64,000 nucleotides of DNA from Spirochaetota bacterium (GCA_043803405.1 JAZDKB010000019.1:128001-192000); one strand, 5' to 3'. Positions 39,185-49,944 are shown, counted from the first letter of the stretch. The notes: generated by a model from the sequence alone, not told the origin. Numbers and translations are program-made.

Positions 39185-39475
39185 CTAGCCGATGTAACCA
39201 GTCATTTGAATTATGTCAGACTCCTTGTTATTATGGTAATTGTTAATTTTCACTTTGTTGGCGTGCCCCTTGCTGTCACAGTCCAACCTGTCAAACTCGC
39301 TTGTCTTTGCGTTGCGATCAATGCCCTTACTACTCTCGCTTTTGCCCATCATAATGCTGTTGCTGTTTATTTTATTGATGTTAATGCTCATTTTAAGGCA
39401 ATCGCGGACAACCAGAGTGATATCCACAGACAATTTTAAGATTTTAAATATTATTTTACTAATATAAGAGAACAT
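39185..39475 (-). CDS. hypothetical 96-aa protein
   Basis: ATG at 39475 preceded by GGAGGA; no recognisable motif. Confidence 0.4.
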   Translation of the reverse strand: MFSYISKIIFKILKLSVDITLVVRDCLKMSININKINSNSIMMGKSESSKGIDRNAKTSEFDRLDCDSKGHANKVKINNYHNNKESDIIQMTGYIG

Positions 39476-39807
39476 ATTTCCTCCGTTAGGAATTTTTCTT
39501 ATGCGAACAATGCACATGCGGGTGCAAAAATTCCTTTTAGTTAGTGTTTTAAAACATATTCTCTAATGAGTTGTTATTTAAGAGGGCGGCATGTATTGTT
39601 TAAGTCGGTTAATGGCGTATTAGGGGAAGTACTTAAATGCGCTTAAAAGAAAGCTGTACGCCAGTTTATGATAACATTTTAATACATGCCGCTTTAAATC
39701 CCCAGGGGAATGCACTAGAAATGCGTATTGACTAGTAAATATTGTCGGCAAAACACATTTCAAAATAAAGCGATTAAATTAAAAACATTAAAATTATTCT
39801 AAAATAA

Positions 39808-40278
39808 TCAAAATCCTGTCAATTTATTTTTTATTTTTTTTCTGTGCTCATCTAGTTTGCTTAAAAAGAATTCAGGAACAGGAACAGGCTTTCTGTTTAT
39901 CCTGTCAAAGCACACAATGCCTGTCTGCACCCTTGCGATCTCTTTTGAATCGCTAACGCGCACAAGCTGAAAGAATGCTTCAAAATCGTTATTCTGATAA
40001 TCTCCCACAGTGACTTTTGCGTTTATAATATCGCCGTGAAAGCCCTCAGCTTTGTATACAATAACAGCGTTCCTCATTACTACGGAAACATTATTGCCCC
40101 CGCTGATGTCGAAGTCGCTGAGTCCCATGCTGTACAAAAAACGTATGCGCGCTTCATTAGTCAGCCGCAGTATCGCGTCATTGGATAAATGATTTCCGTA
40201 ATTGATATCCCCGAAAACAATGGCGATCTCGGTTTCAAAATCGAATTTTTCAGGCAGGTTTATCTTAACATAGTTCAT
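39808..40278 (-). CDS. thioesterase family protein (4HBT hot-dog fold)
   Basis: DINYGNHLSND..EAR, YKAEGFHGD, TGIVCFD. Confidence 0.9.
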   Translation of the reverse strand: MNYVKINLPEKFDFETEIAIVFGDINYGNHLSNDAILRLTNEARIRFLYSMGLSDFDISGGNNVSVVMRNAVIVYKAEGFHGDIINAKVTVGDYQNNDFEAFFQLVRVSDSKEIARVQTGIVCFDRINRKPVPVPEFFLSKLDEHRKKIKNKLTGF

Positions 40279-40293
40279 AAACAAATCTCTCTC

Positions 40294-42210
40294 TTAAAAT
40301 TTCTTAATAAGCGCCCTTATCTCGTCCCTCATTTTCTCGGCGGCCTCCCACGTTTCCTTTACAAACGGATCGTGAATTGCGTCCGTGTGCGCGTCCTTGT
40401 AATCCGCAATTATTTTTATGCCGCGCACATCGTCCTTCTCCTTTGCTTTCTGCACGTCAAACGCGATCTCCGCCTCCAGCGCTGCAAGCCGCAAAAGATT
40501 ATCCTTAACAGTGCGGCCGGCGAAACCGTTGTCAAGCAAAGTCCTGCGCTGATGCTCCCACACAGGGCTGTCGGTTTCAGCATCGTATATTGCCGCGTTT
40601 ATTTCCTTCCCGTTTGCTTTTATAAGCTCATCGATGCGCTCTTTTAACCCGCGCAGCGAGTAGTATTCAATATATTTTCCATAAGCCCCGATCGCTTTAA
40701 CGCGGCTTTCTTCTGCCATGAAATTTTTCCCAAGGCCGGGAATATCCTTCTCTGTATAAAAATCCTTTATGTCTGATATTTCATTAAGGCGCTTTTTTGC
40801 TTCAGCCATCATGTCGACGATCTCCGGCCTCAGAACGTCGGACACAAAAGCTGTCCTTTTCGCCTTATTGCGCCTTTTGAATTTCGCCTCGTTTCTTTTT
40901 ACTGCGTACGCATTTTCGTAAAGCGCCCACGTGGGCAATATCTCGTTGTAAGCAGGCTGCTCGCAGTCAAAGCGCTGCGACGGGGTATTGATAAGCGAAA
41001 ACGGAAATTCAACGCGCTGCGGAAGCGTTGTAACGCCTGTAGCTATAATGGAGTAGGGCGCATTTGTAAAGTCAGCCGGGAACTTGATGTTCACGCCCAG
41101 GCCGAAGAACGTTCCTTCTCCGCACCATATTTCCTGGTCCGGCGCCTTGGAAGTATGATTCGATCCGATGTTCGCTCCGTAAGCAACGTTTCCTTTTCCT
41201 TCCGGCCATATCGCGGCAATGAGCATTGCCTGGTGATGGAACCCGACAAAGGGCCCGACAAGGCTCGCAGTCACTTCGCCTTCGGCTACACCCGTGTTCG
41301 GGCCAATTATGCTTTGCGTGACCTTGGCGTGACGCTCAGCATGAGAATGTTCTGTGAGTATTGAATCGTCTACAATTGCCATAGATGTGACGCAGCAGCC
41401 CCATTGTATGCACGAGTTTTTAACGTAAGCGCCGTGGCTTATCTCGACAGGCTCTTCAGAGGAGCTGAGGATCGTGCAGTTCTGCACAAGCGTTGCGCCG
41501 TCAATTACGGCTGCTGCTCCAATATAGCAGTCTTCAATCTTAGCAGTATTGCGAATAACGCAATTGCTTTCTATAATGCCAAAGCCTGCGGAGCACGCTT
41601 CAGTATATCTGCTGACGAAATCTTTGTATTCTCCGAGCAATGAAGCATTGCTTCTTTGAGTGCATACAGACTGCGCTATCGGTATTGTCATCTCCGCGAA
41701 CGAGAGCACTCCGCGTCCGCCTGTTTCAATGCCTATCGGGATATCTCTCCCGTTCCCGAAAGCCGATTTGCCCCCGCAAACAAGGCTGCCTGTATAAAAA
41801 ACCACAGAGCCTGCTTTAACAATGTAGTTCGAGACGCATTTCGCTTCCCATATACAGCAGCCGTCCCCTATCTCCGAATCTATTATAGTGCTTTTATAAA
41901 TGCCGGAAGGCAGCGCCGCGGACTCTTCTGCTTTTATTTCTCTTCCGCTGAAGAATCCGAGCACGCATTTTCCTGCGAAGTAATTATCCGAAATGTTTTC
42001 TGTTTTAAATTTGCTGCAGACCAGGATATTCTTCCAGTCTCCGGCGCGGTTTCCCTGGGCTTTGAGCTTTTTTATTTCCTGCGCAGTAAGCAGCCGCACC
42101 CTGTTCCCGAATATCCTGCTTTTAGTTCTGCTTTTATTCACTGAACCGATAGATTTTAAAAATGACGAGGATTCCAGAATTGTATACAGTTCCGCGATAT
42201 GGTTTTCCAT
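40294..42210 (-). CDS. DUF4954 family protein (left-handed beta-helix repeats)
   Basis: RLLT..EI..L..QGN.A.DW, GANIGSNH, FPFSLI; hexapeptide-like repeats. Confidence 0.85.
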   Translation of the reverse strand: MENHIAELYTILESSSFLKSIGSVNKSRTKSRIFGNRVRLLTAQEIKKLKAQGNRAGDWKNILVCSKFKTENISDNYFAGKCVLGFFSGREIKAEESAALPSGIYKSTIIDSEIGDGCCIWEAKCVSNYIVKAGSVVFYTGSLVCGGKSAFGNGRDIPIGIETGGRGVLSFAEMTIPIAQSVCTQRSNASLLGEYKDFVSRYTEACSAGFGIIESNCVIRNTAKIEDCYIGAAAVIDGATLVQNCTILSSSEEPVEISHGAYVKNSCIQWGCCVTSMAIVDDSILTEHSHAERHAKVTQSIIGPNTGVAEGEVTASLVGPFVGFHHQAMLIAAIWPEGKGNVAYGANIGSNHTSKAPDQEIWCGEGTFFGLGVNIKFPADFTNAPYSIIATGVTTLPQRVEFPFSLINTPSQRFDCEQPAYNEILPTWALYENAYAVKRNEAKFKRRNKAKRTAFVSDVLRPEIVDMMAEAKKRLNEISDIKDFYTEKDIPGLGKNFMAEESRVKAIGAYGKYIEYYSLRGLKERIDELIKANGKEINAAIYDAETDSPVWEHQRRTLLDNGFAGRTVKDNLLRLAALEAEIAFDVQKAKEKDDVRGIKIIADYKDAHTDAIHDPFVKETWEAAEKMRDEIRALIKKF

Positions 42211-42301
42211 ATATATTATTCTTTCTAATTGTAATATGCGGTCAGTTTTTTCTGACTTACTCTGAATTTATTATTTAAAGTATATTTTTTTTATATTATA
42301 T

Positions 42302-42751
42302 TTACGGCAGATGCTCCAGATCTTCCAGATCTTTATGCCTGCCGGCAGCTTTTTTATTTTTTTTAAGATCTCTGAGCGAGATGAAATATACCGGAGTGCC
42401 GTCAATGTCAGCCAGTTCCTTACTTGAATAACATTTCTTAAAGTCAACACCCGAAGCGCCTGTTATAATTTCTATTCGTACCGGAGGTTCTCCCATTCTG
42501 ATTATTTTGTCTTTTTGCAGAAACAAATCATTGGAAATTGCTTCAGGCGGCATACCGAAATCACGCAGCACAGATGCAACCTTATCTGCATTGGACGCAC
42601 TCACCTCTATCCAGATATCCATATCTCCGGTGGCTCTCGGATAACCGTAATATCCTACCGCGTAACCGCCTACAAGCAGATATTTAACTTCGTGTGAGAT
42701 CAGTAATTTCAATAGATCTTTGAAGTCTGGATGCAACTCTATCTTTGCCAT
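42302..42751 (-). CDS. nucleotidyltransferase (DUF6036-like)
   Basis: YLLVGGYAV..GYPRATGDMDIW; K.AAGR.KD..D. Confidence 0.88.
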   Translation of the reverse strand: MAKIELHPDFKDLLKLLISHEVKYLLVGGYAVGYYGYPRATGDMDIWIEVSASNADKVASVLRDFGMPPEAISNDLFLQKDKIIRMGEPPVRIEIITGASGVDFKKCYSSKELADIDGTPVYFISLRDLKKNKKAAGRHKDLEDLEHLP

Positions 42752-42890
42752 AAACTAACCTTCTGTTTAATTCAACAGCATTAAGCCTTTCGCTGTGTCC
42801 TTTTGACAGCCAGTATTTTTTTTCTTCTTCTGATTCATCCAGGGAAGCAATTGAAATTATTTTTTTATTAAGCGGTTGAAGATTCTTCAT
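42684..42890 (-). CDS. small partner protein of the nucleotidyltransferase
   Basis: YWLSK..SERLNAVE..R..RLQR pattern; overlaps the NTase start. Confidence 0.7.
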   Translation of the reverse strand: MKNLQPLNKKIISIASLDESEEEKKYWLSKGHSERLNAVELNRRLVYGKDRVASRLQRSIEITDLTRS

Positions 42891-43126
42891 TTGAAGTATC
42901 CTTATCATCAATCCGGAAGAGAAATCCTGTAATAGATATTTAAAATAGTATTTTATATTTTATTAAAATGTCAAGTAATTTAAGCAGCAATAGAGTTCGC
43001 TATTATAAGCAGCAGTATCTTACCAAGTTGTTTTTATACCGCCGGTTACTCAACTGAAAAGTTCTTGTAATGAATACAGGAAGCAGGAATAATTGAGATG
43101 CATACATAATAAAAATATTAATACTA

Positions 43127-44548
43127 ATGAAAAAAACTATAAAAGATATTTACTCAAGAATTCTTGATTTTATTAATGAAAATAAACTTATCTCCGGCGG
43201 AGAAAGAATTCTGCTTGCCCTGTCTGCAGGTAAAGACTCAATGATGCTCCTCGACGCTTTTCTCCATCTTAAAGATGAGCTTTCTGTCGACATCGGCATC
43301 TTTCATCTGAATCATCTTATGCGCGGAAAGGAATCGGATGATGACGAGAGCTTCGTTGCAGAAATAGCGGCCGCCAACAGGCTCGAGCTATTTTCGCACA
43401 GGTTCGATTTTCAAACGAACAAACCGCACGGCATCTCCTTCGAAGATTATGCGAGGACAAAGCGGTACGAGCTTCTCTCTGCCGTTTGCAGTGAGAACAA
43501 ATACCATAAAATCGCAACCGCACATAACTGCGACGATAACATAGAGACTATTTTAATGAGGATTTTCAGCGGAACAGGCATTCATGGGCTTGGAGGGATC
43601 GATCCTGTGCGCGGGAACATAATAAGGCCGCTTCTCTTTCTTAAAGCAAAGGAGATATACGAACATTTGAGCGCTAACGGCATTTTATGGAGAGAAGACG
43701 CTTCGAACAGGGACAATAAATATCTCCGCAATTATGTGCGGAATTCGCTTATCCCGGAAATAAATACGCGCTTTGAAAACGCAGGTGAGTCAATTCTGGC
43801 GCTTTCGGGCATTGCAAAGGAATATACTTTGCTGATCGGCGAGCTTTTAAATGAACGCGGTGAATTGTATAAATTTAAAAATAATAGCGCCATTCTGGAT
43901 AAAGATACATATATTAGGAACAAAAAACTCTTTAAATTCGTAATTTCCAAAGCAATGCGGGAAAATTTCGGGGAATTTGTCACAACCGGAATGCTTGAAG
44001 AAATATATAAAAAGGCAGTTACTAAGAAAACCAATCTGAGCCTTTACCGCAACCGGAATCTTATCATAAAAAAAACACTGGATGAGAATAAAAAAAAGAT
44101 TATTGTAATTTCCAGGGATATTGAATATAATATAGATAACGCAGACTGGGAATATAAAATAGACCTGGACTTTAACGGCGAACAAAGCATATATTTAAAA
44201 GAGATAAAAAGAACGCTTTTTTTAAAGCAAGCGGATTATGGATCTTTTTTAAATGAAAAAGAATCCGGGAATAAGGTTTTTATTGCGCTTAACGGAAATG
44301 AAGCAAATATCATTATAAGAAACAGGCGCAAAGGCGATAAGATAAAACTGGAAAACGGGACTAAAAAGATCAAAGAGCTGATGATTGAGTATAAGCTTGA
44401 TGCAGATGTCAAGCATTCCATCCCTATTGCGGCAATCGGCTCCTGTGTCGCAGCTTTTATGCCCGGTATAATTGATGTACCGCCCAACAGGGTCTCGCCC
44501 GATTTTTATGTAAAAAGCGATTCAAAAAAAATACTTGCTATACAATGA
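43127..44548 (+). CDS. tilS: tRNA(Ile)-lysidine synthetase
   Basis: LSAGKDS PP-loop, AR..RY, TAHN.DD..ET, IRPLL, D.SN..RN.VR. Confidence 0.95.
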   Translation: MKKTIKDIYSRILDFINENKLISGGERILLALSAGKDSMMLLDAFLHLKDELSVDIGIFHLNHLMRGKESDDDESFVAEIAAANRLELFSHRFDFQTNKPHGISFEDYARTKRYELLSAVCSENKYHKIATAHNCDDNIETILMRIFSGTGIHGLGGIDPVRGNIIRPLLFLKAKEIYEHLSANGILWREDASNRDNKYLRNYVRNSLIPEINTRFENAGESILALSGIAKEYTLLIGELLNERGELYKFKNNSAILDKDTYIRNKKLFKFVISKAMRENFGEFVTTGMLEEIYKKAVTKKTNLSLYRNRNLIIKKTLDENKKKIIVISRDIEYNIDNADWEYKIDLDFNGEQSIYLKEIKRTLFLKQADYGSFLNEKESGNKVFIALNGNEANIIIRNRRKGDKIKLENGTKKIKELMIEYKLDADVKHSIPIAAIGSCVAAFMPGIIDVPPNRVSPDFYVKSDSKKILAIQ

Positions 44549-44602
44549 GAAAAATATCAACTGTGTTAATATTTCCCAAAATTTTCAGGAGTGAATAATT
44601 AA

Positions 44603-46516
44603 ATGAATAAAAATGTCAAAAATATAGCATTAGCCTTATTGATTGTCATTTTAATAATGGCAATTTATAAGATGAATGATGTAAATAAACAGAAGGTCGA
44701 ATCCCTTCAATACAGCGATTTTATCAAAAAGGTTTACGATAAAAAGATAAAAGGAGTAAGTATTGTAGGCGGGACTAAAATTAAAGGCCAGTATGTAAAA
44801 GGGGATAAGGTTTTTGTATTCGAGACAGTTATACCGTACAATGACCCCGAATTAATTAAAACTTTAATTGCCAATAATATTGAGATTGAAGGTGAAGAAG
44901 CAGACGAGAACTTTTTTGTGAAAGGGCTGTTGAGCTTTGTGCCGTGGCTTATTTTTCTCGGTTTGATATGGTTTTTGATGATGCGCCAGATTCAGGCTAC
45001 GGGCACAAAGGCAATGTCGTTCGGTAAGAGCAGGGCCAAGATGAGCCCGGAGACAAAGAATAAAGTTACCTTTGCCGATGTTGCGGGCGTTGATGAAGCA
45101 AAAGAAGAGCTTAAAGAGATTATAGACTTTCTTAAGGAGCCGAAGAAATTCGTAGGCATAGGAGCAAAAATACCGAAGGGCGTTCTGCTGATGGGCTCTC
45201 CGGGTACAGGCAAAACTCTGCTTGCGCGCGCTATTGCAGGGGAAGCGGATGTGCCGTTTTTCTCCATAAGCGGATCCGACTTTGTCGAGATGTTTGTCGG
45301 TGTCGGCGCATCGCGCGTGCGAGATCTTTTTGAGCAGGGCAAAAAAAGCGCGCCATGCATCATCTTTATTGATGAGATAGACGCTGTGGGAAGATTGCGC
45401 GGAGCAGGACTCGGCGGCGGTCATGACGAAAGGGAGCAGACGCTTAATCAGCTTCTTGTAGAGATGGACGGATTTGAAACGAATGACGGTGTAATTATTG
45501 TCGCTGCAACGAACAGGCCCGACATCCTTGACCCGGCACTGCTGAGACCTGGCAGGTTCGACAGACAGGTTGTTGTAGATATTCCGGATGTCAGGGGACG
45601 CGAGAAAATACTGGCTGTCCATTCAAAGAAAGTACCGCTTTCCAGGGAAGTAAATCTTAAAATAATCGCACGCGGAACCCCTGGTTTTACGGGAGCGGAT
45701 CTGGCTAACCTGGTAAACGAAGCGGCACTTCTTGCCGCACGCAGAAACAAAAAGAGAGTTTCCATGCCCGAGATGGAGGACGCAAAGGATAAAGTACTCA
45801 TGGGACCGGAAAGAAGGTCTGTGCTTATAACCGATGAGGAAAAAGAAATAATTGCGTTTCACGAATCCGGGCACGCTATACTCGGAAAGCTACTCCGCAG
45901 CGAAGATACGATTCATAAGGTTACTATTATTCCAAGAGGCAGGGCGCTCGGACTCACAATGAATCTCCCGAAAGAAGAAAAGCATCTTCATTCAAAGACT
46001 TACTGGATTAACCAGATCATTCAGCTTTACGGCGGGCATATAATCGAAAAGATTCAGTTTAATGATGTCACCACGGGGTCAAGCAATGATCTTGAGAGGG
46101 CGACTGACATAGCAAGAAGAATGGTTTGCGAATGGGGCATGAGCGAGAACATGGGATCGCTCACATTCGGCAAGAAGAACGAACAGATTTTTTTAGGCAG
46201 GGAAATTTCCCAGCATAGGGATTACAGCGAGGCGACAGCGGAGCTTATTGATAAGGAAGTTAAATCTATACTTAGCGAATGTGAAGGTAAAGCGAGAAGT
46301 CTCATTCTGGAAAATAAAGACAAAGTCGAAAAAATCGCAAGGTATTTAATAGAACGTGAAAGCCTGAACGAGCAGGAAATTAATATGATAATGAATAATG
46401 AGGAGCTGCCGGCATTACAGCTTACGGACAAGGCAAGGGCAGCCAGGATCGAGAAAGATAAAAAGAACGATTCAAAGACAGTTGAAGATAAAAAGTTGCG
46501 TCCTGCTGAGTTATAG
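44603..46516 (+). CDS. ftsH: ATP-dependent zinc metalloprotease FtsH
   Basis: [41 protein letters not shown]. Confidence 0.98.
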   Translation: MNKNVKNIALALLIVILIMAIYKMNDVNKQKVESLQYSDFIKKVYDKKIKGVSIVGGTKIKGQYVKGDKVFVFETVIPYNDPELIKTLIANNIEIEGEEADENFFVKGLLSFVPWLIFLGLIWFLMMRQIQATGTKAMSFGKSRAKMSPETKNKVTFADVAGVDEAKEELKEIIDFLKEPKKFVGIGAKIPKGVLLMGSPGTGKTLLARAIAGEADVPFFSISGSDFVEMFVGVGASRVRDLFEQGKKSAPCIIFIDEIDAVGRLRGAGLGGGHDEREQTLNQLLVEMDGFETNDGVIIVAATNRPDILDPALLRPGRFDRQVVVDIPDVRGREKILAVHSKKVPLSREVNLKIIARGTPGFTGADLANLVNEAALLAARRNKKRVSMPEMEDAKDKVLMGPERRSVLITDEEKEIIAFHESGHAILGKLLRSEDTIHKVTIIPRGRALGLTMNLPKEEKHLHSKTYWINQIIQLYGGHIIEKIQFNDVTTGSSNDLERATDIARRMVCEWGMSENMGSLTFGKKNEQIFLGREISQHRDYSEATAELIDKEVKSILSECEGKARSLILENKDKVEKIARYLIERESLNEQEINMIMNNEELPALQLTDKARAARIEKDKKNDSKTVEDKKLRPAEL

Positions 46517-46567
46517 AGTATAATTTCAAGTTGACTTGCTTTTTGAACTATTAACTACAGCCAAATC

Positions 46568-46682
46568 GATAAAGTGATCTAATTTTAATCAATTTCCAGC
46601 CGCTAATGCATACATCCTGTATGAAGCGGCTAGCGGCAACTTCCTGTTGCCTTGAAATTGATTAAAATTAGATCACTTTATC
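46568..46682. mobile_element. 115-bp MITE-like element with perfect 29-bp terminal inverted repeats
   Basis: GATAAAGTGATCTAATTTTAATCAATTTC (46568-46596) and its exact reverse complement (46654-46682); mobility not shown. Confidence 0.55.
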
Positions 46683-46790
46683 AAAGATCTTTACAATTTA
46701 GCATTAAGAAGTCAGCTAAATTAGCCAATTTCTTTAAATGTTTTACGGCACCTGATCAGTCATAAAAAATAATATTAAGGTATTTCATTT

Positions 46791-47843
46791 ATGAAGTATG
46801 ACGATATAGATGATTTGCTTATCAATATTGAAGAAAGTCAGGGACAATTAAAAGCTTCGAAAGAGGAACCGGCAAAGAAAGAATCGCCCAAAAAGCCGGA
46901 AAAACCAGCGGAATCCTCTAATATACATGAGACAACCGATTTATCATTTCTTGAGAATGTAGATTCAAATGATCCGGCTGAAAAGAATAGGGAATTTGAA
47001 GAATCCCTTAAACAGGCTGTTGTCGAAAGCAAGGATGAAGAGCCGGACAAATCCGCAGAAAAAAAACCGGAAGAAAAACCCCGGCCAATAAAAACCGAAA
47101 AACAACCGGCGTTCACCAGTGTCGTGTTTAAAGTAAGAGGCACCAGGTCATGGAATACCCGCGAGCCGTACGTTATTGAAATAAGTGAAGAAAAGCTGGA
47201 CTCGGATTATAAAGATTTAACCAGGACATTTTACTTTATTAAAGAGCAGGATAGTGAACAGGCCGTTCAGAGTGAAATGAAAAGGGCCCTGTTTAAATTT
47301 ATCAGGGGTTCAGGGAAAAATATTACTGATGAATATTCCGCATTTATCGGCAGCAGGCTGTTTTCGCTGGTGGCGGACTGGGGAACCGAATTCGGCTTTC
47401 AGAAAGATATGCTGCATCTGTTCGTCTATCATCTTGGCGTGTTGAGCCTTTATAAAATATTACTGCTGACGTTTCAGTCCGGAAAAACAGGATATTGTTT
47501 TAAAGCCTTGACCGGGAATAATGTGGTAAAATACATACCACAGGAATTCATCAAAGAATTAATTTTAAAATGGCATAATGAAAATATAAACAGCAATGCC
47601 CTCCAATACGATGGAATTATTGAGTACAATGAATTAAAGCGGGTAGTTTCCAAAAAGTACTCGGCCGAATTCGAAAAGATAAACAGCAGGCTTGACGATC
47701 TGATAGCGAAATCAAATTTAAACGTAAGCCCGCCCGACAGGGAACAGATTTTAAAAAGTAAATGGGATGAGTGGTTCGGTAAAATTAATATTTTAATATA
47801 TAACCGGTTTCTCGAACGCACAATATTTAAAATGGTTAAATAG
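46791..47843 (+). CDS. hypothetical protein (low-complexity acidic N-terminus)
   Basis: 350-aa ORF; no motif recognised. Confidence 0.75.
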   Translation: MKYDDIDDLLINIEESQGQLKASKEEPAKKESPKKPEKPAESSNIHETTDLSFLENVDSNDPAEKNREFEESLKQAVVESKDEEPDKSAEKKPEEKPRPIKTEKQPAFTSVVFKVRGTRSWNTREPYVIEISEEKLDSDYKDLTRTFYFIKEQDSEQAVQSEMKRALFKFIRGSGKNITDEYSAFIGSRLFSLVADWGTEFGFQKDMLHLFVYHLGVLSLYKILLLTFQSGKTGYCFKALTGNNVVKYIPQEFIKELILKWHNENINSNALQYDGIIEYNELKRVVSKKYSAEFEKINSRLDDLIAKSNLNVSPPDREQILKSKWDEWFGKINILIYNRFLERTIFKMVK

Positions 47844-47847
47844 CCAT

Positions 47848-49944
47848 TTATGATAAAATCGACAGCACTTTTTTTGTCCTTATGCCTGCCAGCAGCGGTG
47901 AAAGCCTGACATCTTTCAGCAAATCGCTTAAATTCTCAATTTTTAATACAGCCGCTTCTGCTTCTTTTTTTGCTTCGAGTATCAGGTCAATATCCGTAAC
48001 AATGTTTGCGAACTCAAAACCTGACGCATAGCCGTGCTGCCTGCTGCCGGTTATATCACCGGCCCCCCTCAGTTTCAGGTCTTTCTCTGCTATCCGGAAC
48101 CCGTCTTCTATTGCTGTCAGTGTTTCTATTCTTGTTTTAGCTTCGGATGAAATATTGTCCGGATACACCAGCGCGCAGAATGACTGATGCCGCCCTCTGC
48201 CGACCCGGCCTCTTAGCTGATGCAGCTGCGAAAGTCCGAATCGCTCCGCGTGTTCTATTACCATTATATTCGCATTCGGAACATCAACTCCGACCTCTAT
48301 TACAGTGGTGGAGACAAGTATGTCGATATCCCCTGATTTAAATTTTTTCATTACGGTGTCTTTTTCACAGGAGGACATTTTCCCGTGAAGCAGTTCAATC
48401 CTCCGGTGGCTGAATACTTCCTTGTGCAATTTGTTGTATTCCTCGACAGCAGACTTTAGATCAATTTTTTCGGATTCCTGGATGATTGGAAGCACAAAGT
48501 AAACCTGCCTTCCCTGTGATATATATTTTTCAACCGAATTGTAAACACCCTCTATACCGGATTCCGGAAACGACATGGTTTTAACAGGAAACCTTCCGCC
48601 CGGTTTTTCTTTAATATACGATATGTCAAGATCGCCGTAAAGAGTAAGCGCAAGGGATCTTGGGATCGGAGTGGCAGTCATTACCAGGAGATCGCATAAT
48701 TGTCCTTTCCCGCGGAGACTAGCTCTCTGGTTGACTCCGAATTTATGCTGTTCATCAATTATTATAAGGCCGAGTTTGTTAAAGACGACTTTTTCCTGAA
48801 ATAAGGCATGTGTGCCGATAACTATATGGATTTCTCCTTTCGATATTTTCTCATATATATTTTTTCTGTCGGCGGCCGAAGTGCTGCCGGTCAGAAGCGC
48901 TATATTAATATCACCGGCAATGAAGTTTTTGTATGTTTCATAATGCTGATTTGCCAGGATTTCGGTTGGAGCCATATACGCGGCCTGGTCACCGCGCCCG
49001 CAGGCAAAAAGAGCTGCTGCTATTGAGACCAGCGTTTTTCCGCTTCCCACATCGCCCTGCAGCAGCCTGTTCATGGGATACGATTTTTCCAGATCAGCTT
49101 TAATTTCGCTGATGCAGGTAAACTGATCTGCTGTTAATTTAAAAGTTAAATCCGATAAAAGTTTTTTACATAATGAATCATCAATTTGTTTTTTTTCAGT
49201 GTGAATCTCTTCGCGATTGTATTTTTTTGAAACAGATAAATAATATTGCAGAAAGAACAGCTCATTAAATGACAGCCTTCTTCTCGCTTTTTCCGCTATT
49301 TCAATAGATTCCGGAAAGTGGATCGAGAAAATCGCTTCCTTTAATGAAAGCATGCCAAGTCTTTCAAGGAGTGCCGGATCAAACGGATCGATAATTAATT
49401 CAATGTCGGCATCGATGATAGTGCGGACAATCCTTCTGAAACCTCTTGAATCAAGTCCTATTCTTTTAAGTTTTTCTGTGGATCTGTAAAGCGGTATTAT
49501 TCTGCCTGTATTAATGGATTTTATCTGGGAGTCTTCATCAATAAAATCGAAATCCGGATGGACAATCTGTTTCTGTTTATAATATTCCACTGTTCCGGAA
49601 AACAATATGTACTCTCCGGGTTTAAAAAGTTTGGAAAAATAGTTAAGCGAATTAAAAAAAATGCCTGCGACAGAATCGCTTCCGTCGTCAATGATTACCT
49701 GAAGGTATTTTCTTTTTTTGCCTGTTATTATTGTTTCGATTATATTCCCGCCAACGGTTACGCTTTCGCCGGCAAAGACATCTTTAATTTGCTTAAAAGA
49801 AGATCTGTCGATATATCTTCTCGGACAGTAATACAACAGATCTTCAACAGTTTCAATTCCGGCTTCGCATTTTAACGCTTCAGCCTTTTTGGGGCCTATG
49901 CCTTTCAGGTACTGTATGCTCTTGTTGAGAAAATGACTGTTCAT
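47848..49944 (-). CDS. recG: ATP-dependent DNA helicase RecG
   Basis: LKGIGPK, QGDVGSGKT, DEQH, TATPIPR, QLRGRVGRG; start 49944 or 49971. Confidence 0.97.
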   Translation of the reverse strand: MNSHFLNKSIQYLKGIGPKKAEALKCEAGIETVEDLLYYCPRRYIDRSSFKQIKDVFAGESVTVGGNIIETIITGKKRKYLQVIIDDGSDSVAGIFFNSLNYFSKLFKPGEYILFSGTVEYYKQKQIVHPDFDFIDEDSQIKSINTGRIIPLYRSTEKLKRIGLDSRGFRRIVRTIIDADIELIIDPFDPALLERLGMLSLKEAIFSIHFPESIEIAEKARRRLSFNELFFLQYYLSVSKKYNREEIHTEKKQIDDSLCKKLLSDLTFKLTADQFTCISEIKADLEKSYPMNRLLQGDVGSGKTLVSIAAALFACGRGDQAAYMAPTEILANQHYETYKNFIAGDINIALLTGSTSAADRKNIYEKISKGEIHIVIGTHALFQEKVVFNKLGLIIIDEQHKFGVNQRASLRGKGQLCDLLVMTATPIPRSLALTLYGDLDISYIKEKPGGRFPVKTMSFPESGIEGVYNSVEKYISQGRQVYFVLPIIQESEKIDLKSAVEEYNKLHKEVFSHRRIELLHGKMSSCEKDTVMKKFKSGDIDILVSTTVIEVGVDVPNANIMVIEHAERFGLSQLHQLRGRVGRGRHQSFCALVYPDNISSEAKTRIETLTAIEDGFRIAEKDLKLRGAGDITGSRQHGYASGFEFANIVTDIDLILEAKKEAEAAVLKIENLSDLLKDVRLSPLLAGIRTKKVLSILS

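Noticed and set aside
39255..39350. GGCAAA...ACGCAAAG on the minus strand resembling a c-di-GMP-I riboswitch
   Set aside because: Lacks the GNRA tetraloop/receptor and a convincing P1, and lies inside the putative ORF; an Rfam RF01051 search would settle it
39240..39467. Hydrophobic 75-aa plus-strand ORF as a type I toxin
   Set aside because: No RBS; hydrophobicity is the expected antisense shadow of the Asn/Lys-rich minus-strand frame
44864..45622. Long antisense ORFs (also within kdpB, serS, the DUF364 gene and the ligase)
   Set aside because: Shadow frames of well-conserved genes, with no motifs or RBS
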